Part shown: piece after piece, positions 22,801 through 28,156 of the stretch | Layout of the letters: the number at the start of each line of letters is the position of its first letter | How positions within the stretch are numbered: the first letter of the stretch is position 1 | Assembly (NCBI GenBank): GCA_964512835.1 | Contig: CAZELA010000002.1 | Coordinates: 105,037-169,036 of the forward strand | Origin: an uncultured Candidatus Saccharibacteria bacterium | Lineage (GTDB): Bacteria > Patescibacteriota > Minisyncoccia > Phycocordibacterales > UBA2100 | Direction of reading: 5' to 3' | Length of the DNA stretch: 64,000 nucleotides | Position numbers and translations under genes: made by a program | Notes under the pieces: generated by a model | The model's input: only the letters and a program-made list of their open reading frames with translations | The model's database searches: none | Told to the model about the DNA's origin: nothing

Positions 22801-25800
22801 ACAAAACTTATCGTATTTACCGGAAAAACATTCACGCCGGGCGGCAACATTACGCTGATCGGGGGCGCTGCAAATGCCTATGACGCAACGCTCGAGGTTG
22901 CAACGAGCTCAAGCCTGATCGCTGCAAATAATCAGTACTACTCGATCGGCGGGTCGCTGATCATCGGTAGCAGTGCGACGTTCACATCTGCCAGCTCGAC
23001 GGTCACCATGACCGCGACGACGACCGGTAAGACAATCACGCTCAATAATTCGACGCTCTACAATATCGTGTTCAGCGGAACCGGCGGCAACTGGGCATTC
23101 AGCGGCTCAACCATGACTGCGCTCGGCGACTTCCTCGTTACCGCCGGTACCGTTAACCTGCCGACCGCAACGTCAACGGTCGCGGGCTCGTTCCTCAATT
23201 CAGGCGGCACACTGCAGCACAACAACGGAACGCTCTACCTTACCGCGACCTCAACCGGCAAGGTGGTGCGACTGAATAATTCAAATCTCTACAATATCGA
23301 ATTCAACGGCACCGGCGGTGCATGGTCCTTTGCCGATGCGTCCGCCACGTCGTCGAACAATGTCACGATAACCGCCGGCACCGTGACCGCACCTACGACC
23401 ATGCTTACGGTCGGCGGATCATTCCAGAATTTCGGCACGTACACCGCAGGCGTCGGCACAACGAAGTTCACAGCGAACGCGACGGGTAAGTCGATCCGAT
23501 TCGGAGGTTCTGCGCTCTACAACATTCTCGTTGACGGCGTCGGCGGCGGCTGGACCATTACGGATACGAGCGCGACGGCGACACGCGACTTCACGATCCT
23601 GCACGGTACGACAACGCTACCGACGGGCACGTTCACGGTCGGCGGTTCCTGGACCACGACGGGCGCCGGCTTTACCGCGGCAACGACGAGTACGGTGCTC
23701 TTCAACGCGACCACGACCGGGAAGACCATCGATCCGGGCATCTCGACGTTCGGCGGCGTTACATTCAATAGTTCGGCCGGCGGCTGGACGGTATCACAGA
23801 GCGCGACGTCGACAGGTGACACAACGATCACTGCCGCGACAAGCTTTACGCTCTCGCCGAATAAGACGCTTGCGGTCGGGGGCACGTTCACGAACTCAGT
23901 CGGCGGCGCAGCGACCACCTGGGCGACCTCGACGCTCTATCTGTACTCGGGCACGAATTACTCTATTAATACAAAGTCGGCAGGGAACGATGTGTACGGG
24001 ACGCTCTTCGTGGGAGCAAACACCGATGTGCGTATGTGGAAGTCGACCGCCGCGACCACGACCGTTACCTCGACCGGTTCGCTGTACTCGCAGGACAATG
24101 CCGCAATCAACGGTACGGCTGTGGCGGGCAATTTGTACATCTGGGGAGAGTATGTTCGATCGTCAGGCAACGACTATTGGAGTTATGCGACCGACTTCGA
24201 CGGAGCGGCGCTCGGCGGCTCGTCGCGTATCGCAAACGTACGTATTGCAACGTCGAGCTCGGTTACGATTTCGGGTGGCTCGCTCGAAATAATCGGCGCT
24301 GCAGGTGCCACGACCACAATTCAAAACCAGGGTACAGGCAGCTATGCATTCACGGTTTCCGGCGGCACGTTCAACGCAACCCGCTACCAGATCCGTAATA
24401 CCGACGTGAACGGGCTCAACTTCACCGGTACGCCGGCGATCACGTCGCTCGATCTCGGTGACTTCCAGCTTGGAGTGAACGGCGGCAGCATGATATCGGT
24501 CAGCGGCGCAGCCATCGATGCCAACGCGTCGAAGCAGATCAGTTATGTGCAGTTCGCCACGTCAACCGGCATCGCATCCGGCTACAACGTGTCGCTCACG
24601 AGTTCATCGACTGCTGCATGGACGTTCCTGTCGCACTACGGAAACTATGCCGGTGAATCCTATGACTACGACGGAGCGGATACGTGCGGCAAGATTCGCT
24701 GGAGCGACAGCTCGTGTCTCTTTGTGAACCAGGGTCACTACCGATGGCGAAACGATGACGGCGGCGTCGGCGCTCCGACGACGGAATGGTACAACGCGTC
24801 ATGGTCGAAGCGACAGAAGGTTGTCGTCTCGAACTCGACGGCGTCCGTGCTCACGAATCAGGCGGTGCAGATCGTCGTGCCGTACGACGCAGACATGCAG
24901 AGCGACTTCGACGACCTACGGTTTACGGACTCGACCGGTACGACGTCGATCTCTTACTGGATCGAAAACACGAACGCATCGGCCTCATCGACGGTGTGGG
25001 TGAAGCTCCCGTCCGTTCCGGCAAACGGATCATCGGTCATCTATATGTATTACGGTAACTCCGGCGCGTCGGACGCAAGTAACGGCACAAACACGTTTAA
25101 GACGTTCGAAGATTTTGAATCGGGATCCGTGTCGGGTTATTCAGGCGACACGTCGCTCTTCAGCGTCGGTACTACATACCACCACACGCACACCTACGGG
25201 CTCGACGCCGGAACGAACTTCAATGACTTTACGACAAGCGGGTTGTATAAGACCGGCTCGCTGAGCGCGCAGGGCGATACGATCCACTTCTATCAGTATG
25301 TGGATGACTCGCGTGACGACGAGCCGTGTACGCTCTTCGGCGTGGGCGGTTCGGCAAATAACTATGCGGTATGTCTCGATCACTATCCGGTGGAGAGGAT
25401 TTCCATCGCAAAGAACGTAACGAGAAACGACGAAAGCGGTACGGTGCTCGCATCGACCACAGTCTCGTATTCGACCGGCTGGTACGACGTACGGGTGGAT
25501 TGGCTCACCAACAACTCTATTAATGTGACCGTATTGAATGACGACGGATCGGCATTTGCCACACTGAATACGACCGATTCAAGTCACACGAGCGGTGGGT
25601 ACGGGTTCTCGTACTGGGCGATGAAGGGCGGGTGGGACTTCTTCTCGGTTCGACCGTACGTATCGGCGACGCCGACGTATGTATTTGGTACCGAACAAAT
25701 TAGCGACGGCGCATCGTGGCTTGCCGCCGAGGACACCGTCACGTCCGGTATATCAACAGGACAGAATGTGCGCGTGCGATTCACGGTACAGAACACGGGG

Positions 25801-27003
25801 GCACCGCTCTCGAGTAAGCAGTTCAAATTGCAGTTCGCCGCCAAGAACGCATTGAACTGCGAATCAACGACCGGATTCAGTGATGTTCCGACGCAAAGCG
25901 GCGGCAGCTGCACCGGCAACGCTGCGTGTATGGCACCGTCGTCGCAGTTCGTTGATCAGACCTCGATCTCTGACCTCTTGTCTCGCCCGGCGAGCATGAC
26001 CTTTACGCAGGGCAAGATCGTCGAGGATACGTCGGCAACGACGAATGCGATCAATGTCGGCACGAACGAGGCAACGGAAGTCGAATTCAACTTCCAGCTC
26101 ACGACGAACGCCGTTGCCAATTCGTACTGTTTCCGCACCGCTCGAACCGATACGGGTGCACTCGACAGCTACGACCATGTGGCAGAGATCGGCCTCACGT
26201 TCCCGCCGACGATCTCGAATTTCAACTTCCCGCTCATCTACTACGCAACCAGTTCCGGTATCGCGCTGACAGAAGGTACGACCACGCTTGTATACGCAAC
26301 GGGAACGGTGACCGACTTCAACGGGTATGCCGATATCGTGCTCGCCTCGTCAACGATCTACCGATCCGGCGTCGGCTCGACATGTTCGGCGAATGACAAC
26401 AACTGCTACAAGGTTCCTTCGTGTGCACTCTCGCTCTGCTCCGGCAATTCGTGCACCATCACGTGCTCCGCAAATGTGCAGTATTTTGCAGAGCCGACCG
26501 ATGCACAAAGCCCCTCGTACAGTGCAGAAAGCTGGCTCGCGAGCGTGCGCATCCAGGATGCCGCAGGACTCTCGGCGACCGCGACGACGAGCGCGGAAAT
26601 GGGTACTATGCGAGGACTCTCCGTGAATACATCGATCGCATACGATGACGACACGATACCGGGTATGGATCCGGGTGCGAACACCGGTTCCCGCCTTGCT
26701 ACTACAACGGTCACAAACACCGGCAATTCGCCGATCGATATCCGTCTGTCCGGCGAAAATGTAGGCTCAATCCCGGTGAACAGTCAGAAGTATTCGACGA
26801 GCACGTTTACGTACGCCTCGTGCTCGGTCTGTGCGTTGCTCTCCGGCCCGTCGACTCCTGTCGGTGCAGGGCTTAATATCCCGAAAGCTACGGCCTCGAC
26901 GACGCCGACGACAAGCGACGTGTACTGGGGTATCTCGATCCCGATTCCCACCGCAACAGGGCTCCAGCAGGGAACTAACTACTTTGAAGCGGGAGCTCCG
27001 TGA
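7894..27003 (+). CDS. Giant (6369 aa) N-terminally anchored, multi-domain repeat-rich cell-surface protein (adhesin-like)
   Basis: One uninterrupted 19,110-nt ORF. It starts with an N-terminal signal-anchor (VAAALFAAAIVAYALY) and a Pro/Thr/Ala/Glu-rich linker. Next come three HxH...LPPY tail-collar-like repeats (about 10.9-11.8 kb) and FN3-like modules ending in TTYYWRVRA. Two copies follow of a region of about 570 aa with WNG[ST]SW blades. A long array of Thr/Gly/Ser beta-helix-like units of about 55 aa sits inside three near-identical 2.3-2.4-kb tandem repeats. The C-terminal region has a motif set (HYRWRNDDG..., LRFTD..G, VWVKLP, YMYYGN) that resembles DUF2341 (from memory), then a LamG/concanavalin-like region. 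The tail carries SWLASVRIQD....VYWGISIP, shared with the ORF at 32239..34140. Confidence 0.85.
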   Translation: MRLSHLNVRRNRVAAALFAAAIVAYALYTTGHYVTAYRETKSAHVFPTTATATGWDTPEAALSQELGANAPFESFDTTNSAHLSIAGNTPVVETPNIPPSAPDSTEQQPVENATTTPEAAPSGSEAPTAEPEQVPPAVVPEQTPSAPVETPSAVPAETPAATPAETPTTPATEAPPVETSVSKIFHTITSSLVKTAYATTTESALPDDTAGGGAETSSMTEDVPTCFLQQKECHTIQLDGFTVSGEITETNFEKANLNFSFAAGIGETELVDDKLEVRYYHAGKWREVGEIFLNKQLSNASNGGYFTATLDDVASWEEMSDIKVVIEYDRNNDSAVDLYLDAVWIDAQYRELLSDVVTDEDDIPELPENVVLELNEGGAVGELVLSDGTHVSFPYTDDLTDSLVIRADKVTYSRAGDVVYASLTNTSGVADSVRLYTAFPRGFGSVVDISELKKNVPTTTETPQYQEVTYLCDAGWKSLEVNATSTDTVASSSPAASYRCDATDEERVCSVLNDDKTNCSVDRVQVGSESSVTYSSGWVPLISIDGQTDQDSLSEFLPPLYRVLSKTTETIDILPGQTVYVRLRLESNETDALQFTLLAQGAAISGDLQSELLKSERELKGGEPLAKKKGNSRMFGRAEFDGDELPAFKFQFKSKRNFVSRGLNVLLGRGNEFGVSGVTFLREDGTEVTLPVSVEYGEDGQWTLEIKTHPREFRPGKYMADIVMHEGTDEFTERVEFYWGVLAMNINQSSYRPGETVPIALAALDDMGDTICDADIRLTVTDPTGTSTPVSVEQSGLCGDNNIIDVADYLAVYTTSLPGSYTAVATEYDDRGLIVHRVYDTFEVRAEVLFTIRRAGMTRIYPVAAYTMDLELTSSADFAGEFVESVPVDFDVLTSDGAEIRMYGGAKNLVWPVDLKAGETMKVSYTYDAPDISPYMYLLGPAQVQGASGLPFEEPRQWKIASDATGNMLLYWDSTYIPTGWTCVSCLPADSFYQRFVMGSSTAGTNGGAATTAHTATGAVTASASSQTVGANNRATPVVAHTHSFTPVITATSTLPAYRQLAIIQSNTAGEPSSIPTGAIAMFDAAVPSGWTAYTAQNGRYIRGESTSTAGTTGGSNTHKHDVSGTTGAAVTTVNAQNPGTTIAVAAAAHTHTLTATTTGSVSNEPPYIEVILGKLNATSSPTNQMIAMWSGDPPTGWTTTSSSSEAMANKFIKASTTYGGTGGAFTHSHIDMTNVPTGGPSGTVNRNNAAGTNVATAAHTHNVNITSFSTDSHLPPYRTAIFAKRVGGAAPSGPTLYDVLFANERTGTSTPAFEFSATDPDGADTIIYEFQWDDDSDLDTSPIGDRTSDVETGCSPNCFQNLTTPINTSPFTEGNRIRFTVQTPLVSGTTYYWRVRARESGGGGTWGTWATTTSFTYLAGTDPSQWFQTTDVQFDSNTMSGAETFGSDAARLAISPSQEALVVYGEGTVQTPRYRIWNGTSWSAESSANSVGGVIQWVVTKAAPTRDEYVSGTQDNVNDVNVQIFNGTTDTWGSVTEMTTGVANNARRGFDLTYESQSGDIMSVYCDGDADPSYRVWNGSSWSAPQTVNITSANNCEWISLASDPTSDEIILVERDTGAGYEAQVWDGSAWGNAKTLGSMTDTAHEGIAVKYEESGDQAMVVTSNGNTSGFVWTTWSGTSWGITQTQGLGDDFEWGRLRADDGSDKLSLCYIDEDADVGTLVWDGNAWDAFTTALDERDTIGNAKTDRAVDCAYETTTGRDGYVMLPYSDTAAAQYQYWNGTSWTAKAAISTIQDSWTVNAVRTSAGGVLAFFHDDVNSRYDFSDWNGISWSTATTLETVPSATTTPFYQPIDMVAQVYESSSGTMTGGTIDFDQVPGRQTWGEILWHTTEPSGTDVKLQVLYDSGSGCSTLVPDVALNANPGLNSIGYDATTSPINISGLSTSTYNRICVRATFTTTNTSAPQLDDWSVTWERQPYLTQTHFRWYANAATSLTPSDAWPSGGTDLAEDAAVPTIYSPSPGDVLRLRMSLLEENVSLSAGDLSVKLQYAEGATCSASLTWQDVGAIGSTTAKWRGYDNASLSDGATLASTLLAGSDTRATYEEANDSAVNPFSVSVGNELEYDWVIQHNATGNTNYCFRAVTSTGVTLNEYDLYPSLVTDSPPDAPTLESPFNNESLASTTPWFQFVSEDPENDDVTYQVQIDDASDFSSVNIDRDSQNNFAEFQNLVTPSDKDPFTPSNSTRFIPSSSLSNNTTYYWRVRAKDRTKSAEWSAWSGTQSFTVDTSVTISTWKQTTLYQFSTDDHEDTEATSTDSVVISSGFTVGTTSSSLIDFDWHTTGNAWGSFSFKHSTTSSSIRYHIEYFDTDVWSLVPDADLPGNSTGFVGTTSLLSMSPTIYNQIRIRADMTNSGASPRLDDWTIAWGYAVEQPAITTLFDNEKTATTTPSFTFKSGDPQSDDLVYEVSISTTQAFTSSTTRRSSLNTGFSNTASSTDTSPFTQNNLINFTLQAADALTNGTTYWWKVRAIDPTGGNVWSVWSDLRSFTVDTSVAVSTWFQTTDEQFQSDTLDNIETSGGKAQITSTIKEAFMVYSEGTVQVPRFRLWNGTVWGTELSGVSVGDTIRFEEAAAAPTRDEYIIMTEGSTGVVDAQVVDGATDTAGNIARINTAVSDPTQRGFDVAYETSSGDALAVACFGTEATYRVWNGSSWTATSTINLAVSTNCEWVKLVSDPTSDEIIMVVRDSTTGAVDYEALVWNGSAWGNSMTMGSQVTVANEGIAVEYEESGGQAIVAVSNGANNNFIWNSWNGSAWAGTATVAIGNDFEGGRIVRDVGTDRMTMCYIDADSDIGYATWGGSAWTGSTEVETLGNSVNDRPVSCEYETAGSRDGYTMMVHSDTTQAEYEYWNGSATTAPAVINTVTDSAEVRTARTGDGLIMAFFYDDANTEYDVTYWNGTTWSTEQQIEPTSITTVAPPTIPLDIVARRYPAFVAGSITSTAINFSDGTGPKWGAISFSKTTPGASTVKLQVEYFTSTSSWALIPDSVIPGNSVGTTTTLDMSNVNRITYSTIRMKANLACVAGNCPTLNDWTLTWAQGINVQGTVQQYDQSTNVTSGTVAVAVNGVKQTGKTATITGSGTFSIANVTVFQDDIVTVFVDGAGDASEAVAITKYDGNGDITGLNLYERHLSLGSDDNQTITNNNISQFDMSVAADDDIFYDVDAGNDLTATSTGTVWDVELWVKAGTTYRPDSASSGFATVYGLENNGTITMDGNTMTLLGSWDNNAVFNKDASTVIFAATSSTRTIDSTGASLSTFNHVTFGTASTAATWTLTTPLDVDGNLTLNFGTLSPATTAITIGGNLSIGASGTFTKGTATTTFDGSSSATWTDSTAAKQDMGSVAIDGTTKTVQLGSAVKATNITIGSDDTLNVTAGNYGIEVTGNWTNNNSFVAQSGTVTFSSTAVGKTIVPGSSSFYNITFNGIGGNWAFSQAVTAGNDFTIATGTVTLPSSTTTITGSFLVTGGAFQPNNGAVVFNSSATGKTVNPNTSPFYDLTFSGTGSWSFGVTNATSSRHVIITQGAVTMPSGTLAIGGSFRKTGGSFAHNNGILRFTASNAQTVQWSGSDAYQTYFSGTAGSWSFLDASATSTNNVRFEAGTSTLPSGTFAVGGSWIATNGGFTHNSGTVKFTATSTAKTISTGTSIFSSMWFDGVGGGWTLSGSTTAAGAFTLSNATAFTMSPNFTLAVGGAFTNAVGGSATTWATSTLSLYSGTNYSINTKTTGGDVYGTLSLGANTNIRSWNSTAATTTVASTASVYSQDNSTIGGTPVDGDLYIYGAFTSSANEYWSYATDFDGTALGVSSRQVNVRIATSSTIAYNTGTLQILGTSTATTTIQNQGTGRYAFAISGGTLQAQYYSVKNGDVNGFSISGSTAISSLADGDFELGVNGGTALKVTSTVIDANSALQIQRVRFATSTGITTGFNVTETGTPSSYWWFRNHYGNYAGESFDSDPGPNSGNPGYVRWDDSGFTISVSGNVYSDEGSTAIGSPACDGVTANVRIVVNFGSFASSTPCNASTGAYTISGITFSGDAVLTTYLNTNGGARAVTVTRTATANVTGLDLYQNEVIVRHEDVAPLTIANMAVYDSGDDSDIPFTAATGTPDTLTVSPGNELHVWTGKTFVPGGNMSLTSGGANGSKDGRLHIATSSVFTATGAESHSIGGGLAIQSGATFTTASSTFTFTATTTNKSIYAVAPISFWNTTFNGSGGSWSFDNGFSTTTVLNTMTFTAGTLTGTGDLTLTQGTLTGSGTVNMTGGTITLHGTGVFGNNNNWQFSTLSLGNGTNAGSSVKTGTGTTTVTGVLRINTLQRLYAATSSWVLSGSGTPFAVASGATFTAQVAPFTFSGTGATTVADQAYAALLLTPSAAGTPTYTLRGGTLSATSLAVGSTNPVAVDVNTNDPSLSISGTVTIGSGSTLIASNVGALDVGGSWSNLGTFTSSAGTVNFNSSDTGETIDPGQSSFATLSFNGVGGGWTILQNATSTGDTLLVNASAFTLSPNKTLAVGGTFTNSVGGSATTWATSTLSLYSGTSYSINTKSAGNDLYGTLLIGANTDVRMWNSSAATTTVNSTGSLYSQDHAAVDGSLYIWGEYVRSTGSDYWSYLTDFDGTSLATSTPRGVSVLIATSSSITLSGGSLDITGTTTATTTVQNQGTGRYAFTVSGGTFNAQYYQIRNTDLNGLSFTGSPTITTLSDGDLQLGVNGGSTITVAGTVIDANPLKIFQRNNFSTTTASGITSGFNVKATGSSGSSWKFNLHYGAFGGEAYDSDPDGDPGYLRWDDSASSISVSGNVYSDEGSTVSGACNGSTQVVRLKVQGAGTYTSSCSSATGAYSISGVAFNPGDTLTVFLDNATGTRRAANVSIDPISSISNMHLYENRVIVRHEDTSAITIAKMAQYDADQDSDIPFNATDAATDTLVATGTKLIVFTGKTFTPGGNITLIGGAANAYDATLEVATSSSLIAANNQYYSIGGSLIIGSSATFTSASSTVTMTATTTGKTITLNNSTLYNIVFSGTGGNWAFSGSTMTALGDFLVTAGTVNLPTATSTVAGSFLNSGGTLQHNNGTLYLTATSTGKVVRLNNSNLYNIEFNGTGGAWSFADASATSSNNVTITAGTVTAPTTMLTVGGSFQNFGTYTAGVGTTKFTANATGKSIRFGGSALYNILVDGVGGGWTITDTSATATRDFTILHGTTTLPTGTFTVGGSWTTTGAGFTAATTSTVLFNATTTGKTIDPGISTFGGVTFNSSAGGWTVSQSATSTGDTTITAATSFTLSPNKTLAVGGTFTNSVGGAATTWATSTLYLYSGTNYSINTKSAGNDVYGTLFVGANTDVRMWKSTAATTTVTSTGSLYSQDNAAINGTAVAGNLYIWGEYVRSSGNDYWSYATDFDGAALGGSSRIANVRIATSSSVTISGGSLEIIGAAGATTTIQNQGTGSYAFTVSGGTFNATRYQIRNTDVNGLNFTGTPAITSLDLGDFQLGVNGGSMISVSGAAIDANASKQISYVQFATSTGIASGYNVSLTSSSTAAWTFLSHYGNYAGESYDYDGADTCGKIRWSDSSCLFVNQGHYRWRNDDGGVGAPTTEWYNASWSKRQKVVVSNSTASVLTNQAVQIVVPYDADMQSDFDDLRFTDSTGTTSISYWIENTNASASSTVWVKLPSVPANGSSVIYMYYGNSGASDASNGTNTFKTFEDFESGSVSGYSGDTSLFSVGTTYHHTHTYGLDAGTNFNDFTTSGLYKTGSLSAQGDTIHFYQYVDDSRDDEPCTLFGVGGSANNYAVCLDHYPVERISIAKNVTRNDESGTVLASTTVSYSTGWYDVRVDWLTNNSINVTVLNDDGSAFATLNTTDSSHTSGGYGFSYWAMKGGWDFFSVRPYVSATPTYVFGTEQISDGASWLAAEDTVTSGISTGQNVRVRFTVQNTGAPLSSKQFKLQFAAKNALNCESTTGFSDVPTQSGGSCTGNAACMAPSSQFVDQTSISDLLSRPASMTFTQGKIVEDTSATTNAINVGTNEATEVEFNFQLTTNAVANSYCFRTARTDTGALDSYDHVAEIGLTFPPTISNFNFPLIYYATSSGIALTEGTTTLVYATGTVTDFNGYADIVLASSTIYRSGVGSTCSANDNNCYKVPSCALSLCSGNSCTITCSANVQYFAEPTDAQSPSYSAESWLASVRIQDAAGLSATATTSAEMGTMRGLSVNTSIAYDDDTIPGMDPGANTGSRLATTTVTNTGNSPIDIRLSGENVGSIPVNSQKYSTSTFTYASCSVCALLSGPSTPVGAGLNIPKATASTTPTTSDVYWGISIPIPTATGLQQGTNYFEAGAP
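12160..13880. repeat. Intragenic duplicated module, copy 1 (about 570 aa, repeated WNG[ST]SW blades, beta-propeller-like)
   Basis: The protein segment from TDPSQWFQTTDVQFDSN to WNGISWSTATT has 8 or more W-N-G-[ST]-[SAT]-W motifs spaced about 55-75 aa apart. Copy 2 is at 15550..17160 with the same blade order. Confidence 0.6.
15550..17160. repeat. Intragenic duplicated module, copy 2 (paralogous to 12160..13880)
   Basis: VSTWFQTTDEQFQSD....RFRLWNGTVWGTE...RVWNGSSWTAT...LVWNGSAWGNS...IWNSWNGSAWAG...TWGGSAWTGS...YWNGTTWSTE is collinear with copy 1 at the protein level. The nucleotide sequences have diverged. Confidence 0.6.
18900..24720. repeat. Three near-identical tandem long repeats (units about 2.45 kb, 2.32 kb, then a truncated third) inside the giant gene
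   Basis: The anchor string ctattaatacaaag recurs at 19196, 21641 and 23963 (spacings 2445 and 2322 nt). Each copy has long flanking runs of near-identical nucleotides (e.g. WATSTLSLYSGT.YSINTK...YWSY.TDFDGT...RIATSS...IQNQGTG.YAF..SGGT..AQYY...N.D.NG). Identity is high enough to be recombinogenic. Confidence 0.75.
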
Positions 27004-27704
27004 TGATTGCCATGACCACACAACGTTCACATACCCGTTCACCGAAAAAGCGCACCACCATGATCGTCAGCGCAGTCATTTTGTTGTGCGTGGCCGGTTT
27101 TGCGTACATCAATTTCAGCGCATCGCGATTCGAGAAGTCGTTTGGAGCGTACGACGCAGCTGAACGTGCCTACGAGGAATCCGCCTTCAAACCCGGCGCG
27201 GAGGAAAATCCGGTGCGCCAGCAGGTTAACCAGTTACTTGCACAGGTGCTGCAGGTGGACATGTCGCAGGAGGCGCGTATAGACATGGCGCGGCAGGGTA
27301 TCGCGCACCTTGATGATATTGAAGATCAGATCGATGATGTGAAGGAAAAAGGGGATGTTGTCGCGCCGCTTCTTGCCTCCGTTGAAAAAGGCGCACGCTC
27401 ACCGGGTAATGCGGCAAAGCGATCGGATCTGATGGAGATCGTGAAGCTCGGTAAGCGCCAGACCGAGATTATTGCTGATATTCGCGGTCTTTCGTACCGG
27501 GCCGACTACTACACGACCGAGATCTTTGAACGGGTGATTGACGACCAGGGTCTGATAACCGACGACCATAAGACCTACCTCAACGGCCAGATCCCGCAGC
27601 TCGAAGAGCAATTCAATAAGCGTTCAAATCTGTATAGGGAGCTGGCCGACAACCGTTCAAAACTCAACGAACTTGCCGTAAAGCTCGGGTACACGAGCCA
27701 ATAG
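27003..27704 (+). CDS. Membrane-anchored helical protein (hypothetical). Its start overlaps the giant-gene stop.
   Basis: The GTG at 27000 or ATG at 27003 overlaps the TGA at 27001..27003 (translational coupling). It has a basic N-terminus, one TM (MIVSAVILLCVAGFAYINF) and then a charged, largely helical domain of about 190 aa. No known motif. Confidence 0.5.
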   Translation: MIAMTTQRSHTRSPKKRTTMIVSAVILLCVAGFAYINFSASRFEKSFGAYDAAERAYEESAFKPGAEENPVRQQVNQLLAQVLQVDMSQEARIDMARQGIAHLDDIEDQIDDVKEKGDVVAPLLASVEKGARSPGNAAKRSDLMEIVKLGKRQTEIIADIRGLSYRADYYTTEIFERVIDDQGLITDDHKTYLNGQIPQLEEQFNKRSNLYRELADNRSKLNELAVKLGYTSQ

Positions 27705-27730
27705 CGGGGAGGTGGGGATATGCAGTCGGA

Positions 27731-28081
27731 ATGAATAGAGTACAATGGCGAGCAACTATGGAAGAAACGTACACACACGACCACGATGTGCATGCGCGTC
27801 GAGAGACCGGGGGTTTTATGCGTACCGTCGATAGCATCAGTGACTTTTTTGTGCGGGCGCTCGGCACCATTGCACACGATGCTTCACTCTTTATCGGGGT
27901 AGCGCTCACGCTCGTCGGTTTGCTTTCGATCGAGGCTGATAAGTTCTGCGACGGTAACACCGCGGACTATTTGTCATGCACACGACCGTCGACCTACTAC
28001 TTTTACAGTCCGCTTGATATTGCGATCGTTGTTGTCGGTGTATTTTTGATTCTGATTTGGGTACGCAGCCGTCGTGACTGA
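27731..28081 (+). CDS. Small membrane protein (hypothetical), 2 TM
   Basis: 116 aa with two hydrophobic helices (LFIGVALTLVGLLSI; IAIVVVGVFLILIWV). Followed by a terminator hairpin. Confidence 0.4.
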   Translation: MNRVQWRATMEETYTHDHDVHARRETGGFMRTVDSISDFFVRALGTIAHDASLFIGVALTLVGLLSIEADKFCDGNTADYLSCTRPSTYYFYSPLDIAIVVVGVFLILIWVRSRRD

Positions 28082-28126
28082 TTTTTCCCGAGACTGCGAA
28101 CGTTGAACGAAACACGGGTGTTACAC

Positions 28127-28154
28127 TGAAGAGGCCACGCGCGGCCTCTTTTTG
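28127..28154 (+). terminator. Rho-independent terminator
   Basis: AAGAGGCC-ACGCGC-GGCCTCTT stem followed by TTTTT, immediately before the FN3 gene start. Confidence 0.55.
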
Positions 28155-28156
28155 AT

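Noticed and set aside
18900-24720. Possible CRISPR array or mobile element suggested by long tandem repeats
   Set aside because: The repeats are 2.3-2.4 kb in-frame coding units with no short direct repeats or spacers. No cas genes, transposase, integrase or terminal inverted repeats appear anywhere in the window.
8000-27000. Dozens of 60-330-aa ORFs on the minus strand and in alternate plus frames inside the 19-kb gene (e.g. 8545..9063-, 10932..11408-, 12562..13560-, 23531..24292+)
   Set aside because: High GC suppresses stop codons in non-coding frames. Their products are Arg/Pro/Ser-rich with no motifs, and they overlap a continuous ORF with consistent domain structure.
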